DNA from: Squalus acanthias
Lineage: Eukaryota
DNA: 64,000 nucleotides
Direction of reading: 5' to 3'
Assembly (NCBI GenBank): GCA_030390025.1
Contig: CM059432.1
Span: 9,610,001-9,674,000, forward strand
How positions within the stretch are numbered: position 1 is the first letter of the stretch; the number at the start of each line of letters is the position of its first letter. The notes beneath the pieces are model-generated. The model saw nothing but the letters and a program-made list of their open reading frames with translations, searched no databases and was not told the DNA's origin. This document shows positions 36,248-47,569 of the stretch, piece by piece. Both the position numbers and the translations under genes were made by a program.

Positions 36248-37460
36248 GGGGGAGAAATTCGGTATCGTCCCGTTGGGGGCTCAATTATCGGCTGGGCGCA
36301 AAGTTTAGCGCCCGGCGCTAATTATCGCCTCCGACTGCAAACTTGGCTTCTATCGCCCCTGGAGGTGATTGGAGCGCTAAATCAGGCGCTACACACCTCT
36401 CTTAAAGCGCTAACGCTGAGGAGCGAGGCGCTACCTCAGAGCGCTGGCGAAGCTCATGTGATGTCAGTCAGCAATGGAACACAGACACACTGGCGCCGGC
36501 CAGTTCTTAAAGGGGAGGGTCGATCTTGCTCTCCAGCCACACCCTGCTCATTGCAGCCTTGAATCTCGGCCTGGAGAGACCTGTACATCAATTCTGCTGG
36601 AAAGAACAATGGAGAGGCCCAGGGAAAGAGCTCAGAGTGCAGCCCCCATAGTCTCTTCTAAATTGATGCAAGGAAGGGCAAATCAAAATGAACCTGCAAA
36701 GTACTGCTCAGTACCCAAAACTCCTTCACACAGCATTGAATCTCTCCAGAAGTCTCTCTCTCTCTCTCTCAGAATGCATGGCGCAAAAATGTCGCCGACA
36801 AAAAAAGGCAGGAAGCGGCCGCCTTTAAATAGCACTCCCCCAGTCCCTTCCTGACTGCAAAACGTTCCCCTCTACCTGTCGTTGCTAGCGGCAGGCGGAA
36901 AGGCAGGGGACGCCACTCAATATCCGATCCGGGGCGCTACGGGGCGTTGCACGCTCGACTGACGTCACGATCTGTGGGCGCAGGAGATCGTGGCGGTAGT
37001 GTTTAGCGCCACCGCAAAATGTCTGGTCAATTTCGTGAGCAGCGCAAACGTCGCTGCGCCCGGGCGCTAGTTGCTTTGCGATCCAGAACCAGGGGTTACA
37101 GTCTAAGGATAAGGGGTAAGCCATTTAGGACTGAGATGAGGAGGAATTTCTTCACCCAGAGAGTGGTGAACCTGTGGAATTCTCTACCACAGAAGACAGT
37201 TGAGTCCAATTCATTAAATATATTCAAGAAGGAGTTAGATATATTTCTTAAGGCTAAGGGGATCAAAGGATATGGGGATAAAGCAGGGACAGGGTACTGA
37301 GTTTGGATGATCAGCCATGATCTCATTGAATGGCGGAGCAGGCTCGAGGGGCCGAATGGCCTACTCCTGCTCCTATCTTCTATGTTTCTATGGTTCTATG
37401 ACCCGTTAGCGCCCTAAGAGGGCGCTAACGGGAGGCGCAAAGCAACCGAATTTTTCCCCC
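36248..37460 (+). mobile_element. Harbinger-type non-autonomous element (with a CR1 insert at 37081-37398), inserted in a Deu SINE
   Basis: TIR GGGGGAGAAATTCGGT / ACCGAATTTTTCCCCC; TTA TSD at 36245-47 and 37461-63. Confidence 0.85.
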
Positions 37461-37890
37461 TTAAGCATTAAAATCTAGGCTGACACTCCAGTGCAGGGCT
37501 GAGGGAGCGCTGCACTGTCGGAGGTGCCGTCTTTCGGATGAGATGTTAAACCGAGGCCCCGTCTGCTCTCTCAGGTGGAGGTAAAAGATCCCATGGCGCT
37601 ATTTCGAAGAAGAGCGGGGGACTTCTCCCCGGAGTCCTTGCCAATCTCTCAATCTCTCAATCAACATCACTAAAAAACGGATGATCTGGTCCTCATCACA
37701 TTGCTATTTGTGGGAGCTTGCTGTATGCAAATTGACAGGTAAAGTACTGAAGATGCCCCTCTCTTCCCCACAGTACTGTTTCCTACATTACAACAGTGAC
37801 TGCATTTCAAAAAGTACTTCATTGGCTGTAAAGCGCTTTGGGACGTCCTGAGGTCCTGAAAGGCGCTATATAAATGCAAGTCTTTCTTTC
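37461..37890 (+). mobile_element. Deu-domain SINE body (head at about 36195-36247)
   Basis: Core and tail match. Confidence 0.82.
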
Positions 37891-38220
37891 TACTGTGGAA
37901 CTCCACTACTGACCCTGCTGAGATGTGTGGGATTGGGGCCAGGACCTGGGCCAGGACCTCAGGAGCAGGTCTTCAGTGTTGTGGGGAAGGGAGAGGGGTC
38001 TTCAGTACCTCATCCCCGCTCCCCCACCCCCTGCCTCGCTGTCCTAGTGACAACTTGTGATGACTGTGATCAGCCAGGTTTGGGGGGGTGCTGGGACACT
38101 GGGACGCTCCCCATAGAAAACGGAGGACCATGCCTCCACAGCCCCCTGTTTTGGAGGAAGGTTTAAACATTGTTTTTCAAACTTTTTGCCCAGTGTTGCA
38201 CTGTCGGAGGTGCCGTCTTT

Positions 38221-38305
38221 CGACCTGAAACGTTAACTCTGTTTCTCTCTTCACAGATGCTGCCTGACCTGCTGTGTATCTCCAGCATTTTCTGTTTTTA
38301 TTTCT
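38221..38305 (+). mobile_element. Penelope family 1 terminal fragment
   Basis: Matches 34168-34245. Confidence 0.75.
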
Positions 38306-38364
38306 ATAAAGACTATCAATGGCTGTAAAGCGGTTTGACACGTGAAAGTTGTTACAGAAATAAA

Positions 38365-38830
38365 GAAAGAAAATAAAGACTTGCATTTCTACAGCGCCTT
38401 TCACAACCACCGGACGTCCCAAAGCACTTTACAGCTAATGAAATACTTTTGAAGTGTGGCCACTGTTGTAATGTGGGAAGCGAGGCAGCCAATTTGCGCA
38501 CGGCAAGCTCCCACCAACAGCAATGTGACAATGACCAGATAATCTGTTTTTGTGATGTTGGTTGAGGGATAAATATTGGCCAGGACACCGGGGATAACTC
38601 CCCTGTTCTTCTTCAAAATAGTGCTATGGGATCTTTTACGTCCACCTGAGAGAGCAGACGGGGCTTTGTTTTAACGTCTCATCCGAAAGACGGCACCTCC
38701 GACAGTGCAGCACTCCCTCAGTGCTGCGCTGAAGTGTCAGCCTAGATTTTTGTGCTCAAGTCCCTGGAGTGGGACTTGACCCCACAACCTTCTAACTCAG
38801 AGACGAGGGTGCTGCCCACTGAGCCACTGC
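38365..38830 (-). mobile_element. Deu-domain SINE
   Basis: Near full length. Confidence 0.88.
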
Positions 38831-39509
38831 ACCCCTATGTTTCTAAGTTCCATTTTTCAGGCAATTGATAACATTTTGATTCAATTCAGTTTTGCTGAGG
38901 ATTTGTGAGTAACTGTTGAGGATCAATTGACCTCTATTGGTGCAACTCTTGTTTTAAATCTCTTGCTGGCTGGTCACACATTGACCACTTATTCAAAGTT
39001 CAGCATCTCTTACAGATATTCGCCACGGAACCCGGCGCGGCCACCAACCCGCCTGACTACTTTTGTCACAATCGACGGGCAGAATCGGCCACCTTTCTGT
39101 CGGAGCCAAATCAGAGCAGCGGAGGGAGAGGGTTCCTCGGCTCGGTCTTGGACCGTGCATGCTGCGACAGATGGTACACCTGCAACTTGGAGACAAGCTC
39201 GGAGGGGATTGATGACTGATGCTGATTCTGCCGTGGAAAACATGCTCCTGGGGGAGAGACCTCACACGCTGCAGTATTTTCAATCGAAACTCCCTGCTGA
39301 GCTCTGCAGCACCTTCATCGCAAAAACAAATCAATGCCCGCTGAAAGATTCCGCAGGAATTATCAGCAGACACTTTAACAGCGCAGAAAATAGAACACCA
39401 AAAGTCTCCATATTGACTTTCACTCTGGCTGGTTTTGCCACTGTCAAAAGCAACTTCAAAGTTTACTGATTTGTCGCTGTCTTATATGTTTATACCAATG
39501 TTGGCATCC

Positions 39510-40005
39510 AAAACTCGGCTGCCCGTGTCCTAACTCGCACCGAGTCCCGTTCACCCCTCACCCTCTGTGCTCGCTGACCTGCACTGGCTCCCGGTCACGC
39601 AACGCCTCGTTTAAAAAATTCTCATCCTAGTTTTCAAATCCCTCCACGGCCTCGCCCTCCTCCCCAGCTCTGTAACTTCCTCCAGCCCCACGACCCTCCG
39701 AGATCTCTCCCATCCTCAAATTCTGACCTCTTGCGCAATCCCTGATTTTAATCGCTCCACCATTGGCGGCCGTGCCTTCTGTTGCCTGGGCCCCTCAGCT
39801 CTGGAATTCCCTGGCTAAACCTCTCCGCCTCTCCGCCTCTCTCTCCTCCTTTAAGACGCACCTTAAAACCTACCTCCTTGACCAAGCTTTTGGTCACCTG
39901 CCCTAATATCTCATTATGTGGCTCGATGTCAAAATAACGTTCCCGTGAAGTGCCCCGGGACGTTTTACTACGTTAAAGGCGCTGTATGAATACAAGTTGT
40001 TGTTG
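39510..40005 (+). mobile_element. L2 3' fragment
   Basis: Homologous to 3616-4155. Confidence 0.85.
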
Positions 40006-40919
40006 CTGCTGCTTGCATACCTAATAACTATGTTGGTGGTATGAGGGCGAATGTAAAACGGTACCAGAGATTAAAGAGATACAAATAAACAAAGTACAAC
40101 TACATTCGCCAGCAACAATAACAACAACTTGCATTTATGTAGCCCCTTTAATGTAGAAAAACATCCCAATGTTTTAAAATCATTGGCAAAATATCTAGAG
40201 GGGAGATAAGGAGATTTTTTTCACTCCGAGAGTTGGCGGGCTCTGGAACATTCGATCTGAACAGGTGGTGGAAGCTGATTCCATAAATCATTTTACAAGG
40301 GAGTTGGATGGGTCCTGGAGGATGAGGAACTCACAGGGTTACGGACCAAAAGTGGGAGTAATCATGTCTACTCTTTCAAAGAGTGTGACGGGCCGAATGG
40401 CCTCCTGCTGTGCTGTAAGTTTCTATGGGCTGGAGATTGGCCTCCTCAGCACCTCCTGTTAGCGCCTCCGGGGGGCGGTAAGGGGGCGCTAATGACTTGC
40501 CGCCCGGGCGCGGCGAGATGAACGACTCCCACTGACTTGGCCGGGAGGTTTGCGGCGGCGGTAACACTTTGCGCCGCGGTCTCCGGAGATCGTGGCGTCA
40601 CTGCCGTGCGCGTCGCCCCCCGTAGCGCCCCGGACCCCAACTTCGGTTCCGCCCCCCCTGCAGCATCGCCGGGCGAAAACACCGAGAGCTGCCGGAGGCG
40701 TTGTTCGGGAGGCCGGGCGCTTCGGGGGCGGAGGTTAAAGGGGAGGTTGCCGAGGTAAGTAGGAAAATTTCTGAAATGGAGTTTTTCAATTTTTTTCAAT
40801 TCCCCTGGGCCGCGATCGATCAGGCCGGCGCTCTGCTGGAGTGCATGGGGCTGATCGGGCTGGATCGCAGCTGCCGTCGGGGACCAGCTAACTGGTCCCA
40901 ATGCAGAGCCTTTTTAAAA

Positions 40920-41370
40920 ATTCATTTATGGGATGTGGGCGTCACTGGCAAGGCCAGCATTTATTGCCCATCCCTAGTTGCTCTTGAGAAGGTGGTGGTG
41001 AGCCGCCATCTTAAACCGCTGCAGTCCGTGAGGTGAAGGTACTCCCACAGTGCTGTTAGGGAGGGAGTTCCAGGATTTTGACCCAGCGACGGTGAAGGAT
41101 CGGCGATATACTGCCAATTCAGGATGGTGTGTGACTTGGAGGGGAACTTGCAGGTGGTGTTGTTCCCCATGCGCCTGCTGCCCTTGTCCTTCTAGGTGGA
41201 AGAGGTCATGGATTTGGAAGGTGCTGCTGAAGAAGCCTTGGTGAGTTGCTGCAGTGCATCTTGTAGATGGTACACACTGCAGCCACGGTGCGCCGGTGGT
41301 GGAGGGAGTGAATGTTTAAGGTGGTGGATGGGGTGCCAATCAAGCGGGCTGCTTTGTCCTGGATGGTGTC
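40920..41370 (-). mobile_element. LINE family B 3' fragment
   Basis: IQDKAARLIGTPSTTLNIHSLHHRR. Confidence 0.85.
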
Positions 41371-41407
41371 AATGGCCCTTCCTGCAGCGATGGCCCTTCC
41401 CTTTAAT

Positions 41408-41965
41408 GAGAAGTTGCACAACACCAGGTTATAGTCCAACAGTTTTATTTGAAATCACGAGCTTTCGGAGCGCTGCTCCTTCGTCAGGTAAAGTGAAGGA
41501 ATACAAATCAGCAAAGCATATATAGACAGAGAACAATGTGTAGCGTACAATGTCAGACGACTACAGTAAATCTTACTGACTGCCCTCCATCACACCTCTG
41601 CAGAGATACAATCAGGTCAGTCAGGAAGGCATTACATCAAAGACACAGCAAAATACAGCTAAGACAATGAGGTGGGGTCACAGGGGGTCCAACGTGTCAA
41701 ATGCTGCAGTCTGTATGGTTAAGCTTTTTACTTTTTTAAAAAACTGGAAATCACATCTGTGAACAAGCCAACGACGACTCGAGTCTGGATGACTCTACGT
41801 CATGTGGCGTGACATGAACCCAAGATCCCGGTTGAGGCCGTCCTCATGGGTGCGAAACTTGGCTATCAGTTTCTGCTCGATGATTTTGCGTTGTCGTGTG
41901 TCTCGAAGGCCACCTTGGAGAACGCTTACCCGCAGATCCGAGGCTGAATGTCCTTGACTGCTCAC
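41408..41965 (-). mobile_element. Penelope-like element (family 2), 3' end
   Basis: GIY-YIG C-terminus HSASDLRVSVLQGGLRDTRQRKIIEQKLIAKFRTHEDGLNRDLGFM, then 3' UTR with hammerhead. Confidence 0.82.
41455..41491 (-). ncRNA. Minimal hammerhead ribozyme motif with canonical UC cleavage site
   Basis: TTAC-CTGACGA-A-GGAGC-AGC-GCTCC-GAAA-GCT-C-GTGA. Confidence 0.7.
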
Positions 41966-43094
41966 CTTCCCTTTAAGGGAGGGAAGGAGCCTCGGATCGC
42001 GACAGCGCTGCACCCCTCCTGCCCCGCCTGGGTCCTTTAGCGCTCCAGGAAAGAAGACACTGCAGCCACGGTACGCCGGTGGCGGAGGGAGTGAACGCTG
42101 AAGGTGGTGGATGGGGTGCCAAACCATTTGTATGCATTGTATACATCAGAGTCTCTGCCGGACAAACAGGTGCCATTTAGTATTTATGAGGGTTTATACT
42201 ACGCAACAAAATGATTCAAATGGCTTATTACCTCAGTCTGACCTAGTATTACAGTTAACAAAACACTTCAGTCCCAATTACACAGAAGCTAAATTGCGTT
42301 TTTAAACCAAGGCGCCACTCTTCCCCACATTCCTTTCTCTTCATTGTAATAGAAACGTCTGGAGGCAGAATCTGAATACATGCGAGTGACAAGAGAGAGA
42401 TTAGTATGGAATTACTAGGTAACATCTGTTTAGAGGGAAAATGAATCAGACTGAACCGTAAAAATCACACGGGCGAATCGGAACCTATGAGTGTAAAAAT
42501 GAGGCCAGGTTTTAATTTAAAAAAAAAATACACATTACCGCTAAGTGATTATCAAATTGTGATAACTCTGAAACATATTCTACACCGCCTGTTTGCTCCT
42601 GTCGGGGGAGACTGACCTCCGCGCATTGTTCCCGCTGCTATATTTGTAAATTCAGATGGCTTTCAGGTGCCAAGGCATTTCCATATAAAAGGATTGTATT
42701 GTTCCCTATAGATCTCTTGTGCAGCTGTGCATTTAAAGACGTCTTAACTATTGTACCAGGATTCACTCAGGGGCCTGCCAGTAATTCTGTAACTGTATCC
42801 TATTGTCTGCAATTCCAAAGAACATACTCGTCCTCACTTCACGGCAAGCATGAGTCCATACAACTCATGTATTGTTATCTGCAGCAACCCACAGCTGCGA
42901 TTATATTTTCCCTTGTTTTATTTCAGATACTGGGAGATTCGGTTCCAGGCATTTAGACTGACAAATCCAGCTCCTTATCTCAGCATTAGACTTGTTGGCC
43001 TGGCTCTTATTGTGGGCCCGCGCCTCGGCCGCTGGGAGAATGGAGTCGCGGTATCGTCACGTAAAGAGAGGGAGGGGGCCAACAGATGGATGGG

Positions 43095-43560
43095 TGGTCT
43101 CAGCCGTGGCTCCGAGGGCAGCACTCTCGCCTCTGATGGCAGAAGGCGGCTGTGGGTTCAAGCCACCACTCCAGAGGCAGGTAGCGCATGATATAGTCTG
43201 CCTCTCTCAGTGCAGTAGTTAGGGAGCGCTGCACTGTCGGAGGTGCTGTCTGTCTTCCGAGTGAGACGTTAAACCGAGGCCCCGTCTGCCTCCCTCGGTG
43301 GGCTTGGCACTATTTCGAAGAAGAGCAGGGGAAGGGTTCCCTGGCCGAATACTTAACCCTCATCCAACGTCACAAAAAAACCCAGATGAACTGGTCACTA
43401 TCGCATTGCTGTTTGTGGGAGCTTGCTGTGCGCAAATTGGCTGCTGCGTTCCCTACATTACAACAGTGACTACACTTCAAAAAGTACTTCATTGGCTGCA
43501 AAGCTCTTTGGGATGTCCTGAGGTTGTGACAAGCGCTGCAAAAATGCAATCCTTTCGATT
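43095..43560 (+). mobile_element. Deu-domain SINE (diverged)
   Basis: Head, core and tail present. Confidence 0.8.
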
Positions 43561-43798
43561 TTCTTACACACTCTGCATGACAAACTGCAGATGTTTTCGT
43601 CAGCCACTTCTCACTCGGCTCTCCCTTCACACTAAAAGCTAATCCACGTCCCCGTCTTTCATTTCAGGTGCTAAAGATGTGGGCGCCCCTCTGCCACTTG
43701 AGGAAGAGGAGGCCAGCCTCGTTGAAGATGTACCGTCATCCAATCTGACCCTGGCGAGCATCAGCTCAGAGACTGGCGGCATGCGTACTTCAGAGGCT

Positions 43799-44429
43799 TG
43801 CTCCCGGCGAAGAGACTCAAGATGTTCGGCGCCTTCCCGGATGCTTCTCCTCCACTTTGTGCGGTCTTGGGCCAGGGATTCCCAGGAGTCAGTGGGCATG
43901 TTGCACTTTTTCAAGGAGGCTTTGAGGGTGTCCTTGAAGCGTTTCCTCTGCCCACCTGAGGCTCTCTTGCCGTGTCGGAGCTCCGAGTAGAGCGCTTGTT
44001 TTGGGAGTCTCGTATCGGGCATGCGGACGATGTGACCCGTCCATCGGAGCTGATCGAGCGTGGTCAAAGCTTCGATGCTGGGGATGTTGGCCTGAGCGAG
44101 AACACTGACGTTGGTGCGCCTATCCTGCCAATGGATTTGCAGGATCTTGCGGAGGCAGCGTTGGTGGAACCTCTCCAGTGCTTTGAGGTGCCTGCTGTAC
44201 ATGGTCCATGTCTCTGAGGCATACAGCAGGGCGGGTAAGCAGCCAAGCGCAAGCAGTGCAAGGAGCGCACGTCAACCCAAGCACTCCACCCACCCGCCCC
44301 TTCAACCACCGTCTGCCCCACCTGTGACAGAGACTGTAGGTCCCACATCGGACTCATCAGTCACCTGAGAACTCATTTTTAATGTGGAAGCAAGTCATCC
44401 TGGGTTCCGAGGGACTGCCTAAGAAGAAG
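43799..44429 (+). mobile_element. RTE-clade LINE with 5' inversion
   Basis: Inverted part encodes LERFHQRCLRKIL..RLPKQALYSEL; plus part ends in (AAG)n; TSD ACTTCAGAGGCT (43787-98) / ACTTTAGAGGCT (44430-41). Confidence 0.88.
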
Positions 44430-44832
44430 ACTTTAGAGGCTCGGCTAGAGGAGAGGGCCTTCAAGTGGTGAATTACTGGGCACAAGTGTGCAGGAGCTGG
44501 AGCAAGTGGGGTAAGGCGGCGCGGGTGCCAGCTGACAGGAGGGCGAGATCGTAGACTAGCTCTGCTGCAGAGCACTCAGATGTTAACTTCGAGGGCCCAG
44601 CTTTTTGGTATGAGTGATAGGACCGCTGATCTAAACCACAAGAGGATGCTGACAGCCACAAAGCCTGGGGCTGTATCTGTGAGCCTCTTAACCACAGATA
44701 ATGTGGCCTTGGCTGCGGGAGTCATAAAGGAATAATAAAGCGGGAGCTGCAAAGTGTAACTGCAAAGGGGAGTAGCTCTGTTCGGTGAAAGCAGAGCCCC
44801 CTTAAATGAATACTTGAAGTCACAGAGTCATA

Positions 44833-45724
44833 GGGGGAAAAATTCAGTTGGTTGCGCCTCCCGTTAGCGCCTTAAGAGGGCGCTAATGGGGCGCAAAGCA
44901 GCTAGCGCCCAGGCGCGGTGATGTTTGCGCCGCTCGCGAACTTAACTAGACATTTTGCGGTGGCGCTAAACACTACCGCCACGATCTCCTGCGCCGGCAG
45001 ATCGTGATGTCAGTCGAGTGCGCAACGCCCCGGTATCGCCCCGGAGCAGATATTGAGTGGCGCCCCCTGCCTTACCGCCTGACGCTAGCAACGACAGGTT
45101 GAAGGGAGCGAATTGCAGTCATGAAGGGACTGGGGGAGCGCTATTTAAAGGCGACCGCTTCCTGCCTTTTATTGTTGGTGCCATTTTTGAACCACGCATT
45201 CTGAGAGAGAGAGAGAGAGACTTCTGGAGAGATTCAATGCTGTGTGAACGAGTTTTGGGTACTGAGCAGCACTTTGCAGGTTCATTTTGATTTGCCATTC
45301 CTTGTATCGATTTAGAAGAGACTGTGGGGGCTGCACTCAAAGCTCTTTCCCTGGTACTCTCCATTGTTCTTTCCAGCAGATTTGATGTGCAGGTCTCTCC
45401 AGGCAGAGATTCAAGGCTGCAATGAGCAGGATGTGGATTGAAAGCAAGATCAACCCTCCCTTTAAGAACTGGCCGGTGCCATTGTGTGTGTGTTCCATTG
45501 CTGACTGACATCACATGAGCTTTGCCAGCGCTCTGAGGTAGCGCCTCGCTCCTCGGCCTTTGCGCCTTAAGATAGGTGTGAAGCGCCTGATTTAGCGCTC
45601 CAATCACCTCCAGGGGCGATAAAAGTCAAGTTTGCAGTCGGTGGCGATAATTAGCGCCAGGCGCTAATCTTTGCGCCCGGCCGATACTTGCGCCCCAAAT
45701 GGGGCGATACTGAATTTCTCCCCC
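44833..45724 (-). mobile_element. Harbinger-type non-autonomous element (892 bp), same family as 36248-37460
   Basis: TIR GGGGGAAAAATTCAGT / ACTGAATTTCTCCCCC; ATA on both sides. Confidence 0.85.
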
Positions 45725-46652
45725 ATAGAGTTGTACAGTCATAACAGCACAGAAGGAGGCAATTCGGCCCATCGAGTCTATGCCAGCTCTCTGTAGAACA
45801 ATCCAGTCAGTCCCATTCCCCCGCTCTATCCCCGTAGCCCTGCAAGTCTCTTTCCCTCAAGTGCCTATCCAGTCTCCCCTTGAAAACATTGAGTGTCGCC
45901 GCTTCCACCACTTCCGTCGGCAGCAAATTCCAGGTCCTCACCACTCGCTGCGTAAAAAAGTTTTTCCTCACATCCCCCCTGTATCTCTTGCCCAAAACCT
46001 TAAATCTGTGTCCCCTAGTCCTTGTGCCATCAACTAGTGGGAACAGCCTTTCCCCGTCTAGCCTATCCAAACCCGTCATAATCTTGGACACCTCTATCAA
46101 ATCACCCCGCAACCTCCTTTGCTCTGATGAAAACAAATCCAGCTTCTCCAACCTGTCCTTGTAGCTAAGATCCCCCATCCCCGGAACCATTCTGGTAAAT
46201 CTCCTCTGTACACCCTCAAGGGCCTTCACATCCTTCCTAAAGTGTGGTGACCAGAACTGGACGCAATACTCCAGTTGTGGCCTAACCAGCGCTTTATAAA
46301 GGTTCAGCATAACTTCTCTACTTTTGTACTCAATACCTCTATTTATGAAGCCCAAGATCCCATATGCTTTGCTAACCACTCTCTCAATATGTCCCGCCAT
46401 CTTCAGGGACCTATGCACATTAACTCCCAGGTCCCTCTGTCCCTGCACACTCTTTAAAACTGTGCCATTAAGTGTATATTGCCTCTCCCTGTTCCTTCTG
46501 CCAAAATGCATCACCTCACACTTCTCTGTATTAAATTCCATCTGCCACTTGTCTGCCCATTCTGCTAGCCTTTCTATGTCCTGTTGCAGTCGATTGGTAT
46601 CCTGCTCACTCTTTGCCACACCCCCAAGTTTGGTGTCATCAGCAAATTTAGC
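45725..46652 (-). mobile_element. CR1 LINE 3' fragment (open ORF2 end)
   Basis: ORF 45807-46766 from KFADDTKLGG to the stop codon. Confidence 0.92.
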
Positions 46653-47002
46653 AAGTGTCTCAGATCGAGCTGTTGCAAATGTAAATGACAATGCAGTACA
46701 TTGTGAGGCCAGGAGAATCGTTCGAATGATGCAACAGTGGATTGCGCCATTCACAAGGATGCACAATTACGCAAAAAATGGCCGTAATGAGAAGGAGCAC
46801 AAGATTAGGTGTGCAGCACAATGCACAGAAACTGTGAGGAAGTATCCACTAAATTTAGAGGCACATCACCTTTTGCATAATAAAGTATGGTGGCACTGCA
46901 GTTACAGTATCTGCCGACAGTTTCATTTGTCCTGTGGCTGTGGGGAGTGCAGTGAAGAAGAGATAAATAAGGGCAACAGTACAAATGGTGAAGATGGTGA
47001 TT

Positions 47003-47519
47003 GCCATGGAAGGAGTTCAGCGAAGATTCACAAGGCTGATACCTGGGATGGCAGGAATGACGTATGAAGAGAGATTGGGTCGATTGGGCTTATACTCGCT
47101 GGAGTTTCGAAGAATGAGAGGGGATCTCATTGAAACTTATAAAATTCTGACAGGACTGGACAGACTAGATGCAGGAAGGATGTTCCCGATGGTGGGGGAG
47201 TCCAGAACCAGGGGTCACAGTCTAAGGATAAGGGGTAAGCCATTTAGGACAGAAATGAGGAGTAATTTCTTCACCCAGAGAGTGGTGAACCTATGGAATT
47301 CTCTGCCACAGAAGGCAGTAGAGGCCAATTCATTAAATAGATTCAAGAAGGAGTTAGATATATTTCTTAAGGCTAAAGGGATCAAGGGATATGGGGAGAA
47401 AGCAGGGACAGGGTACTGAATTTGGATGATCAGCCATGATCTCATTAAATGGTGGAGCAGGCTAGAGGGGCCGAATGGCCGACTCCTGCTCCTATCTTCT
47501 ATGTTTCTATGATTCTATG
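47003..47519 (+). mobile_element. CR1 LINE (HER1-like family) 3' fragment
   Basis: ORF 46985-47419 and tail. Confidence 0.92.
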
Positions 47520-47569
47520 AATGGAGAAGCTGCAGGGAGGATGCTGACGCAAAGGGTGGGCGGGTTTGA

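Noticed and set aside
46324..47067. 247-aa plus-strand ORF
   Set aside because: Chimeric: antisense of a CR1, then unique sequence, then an out-of-frame CR1
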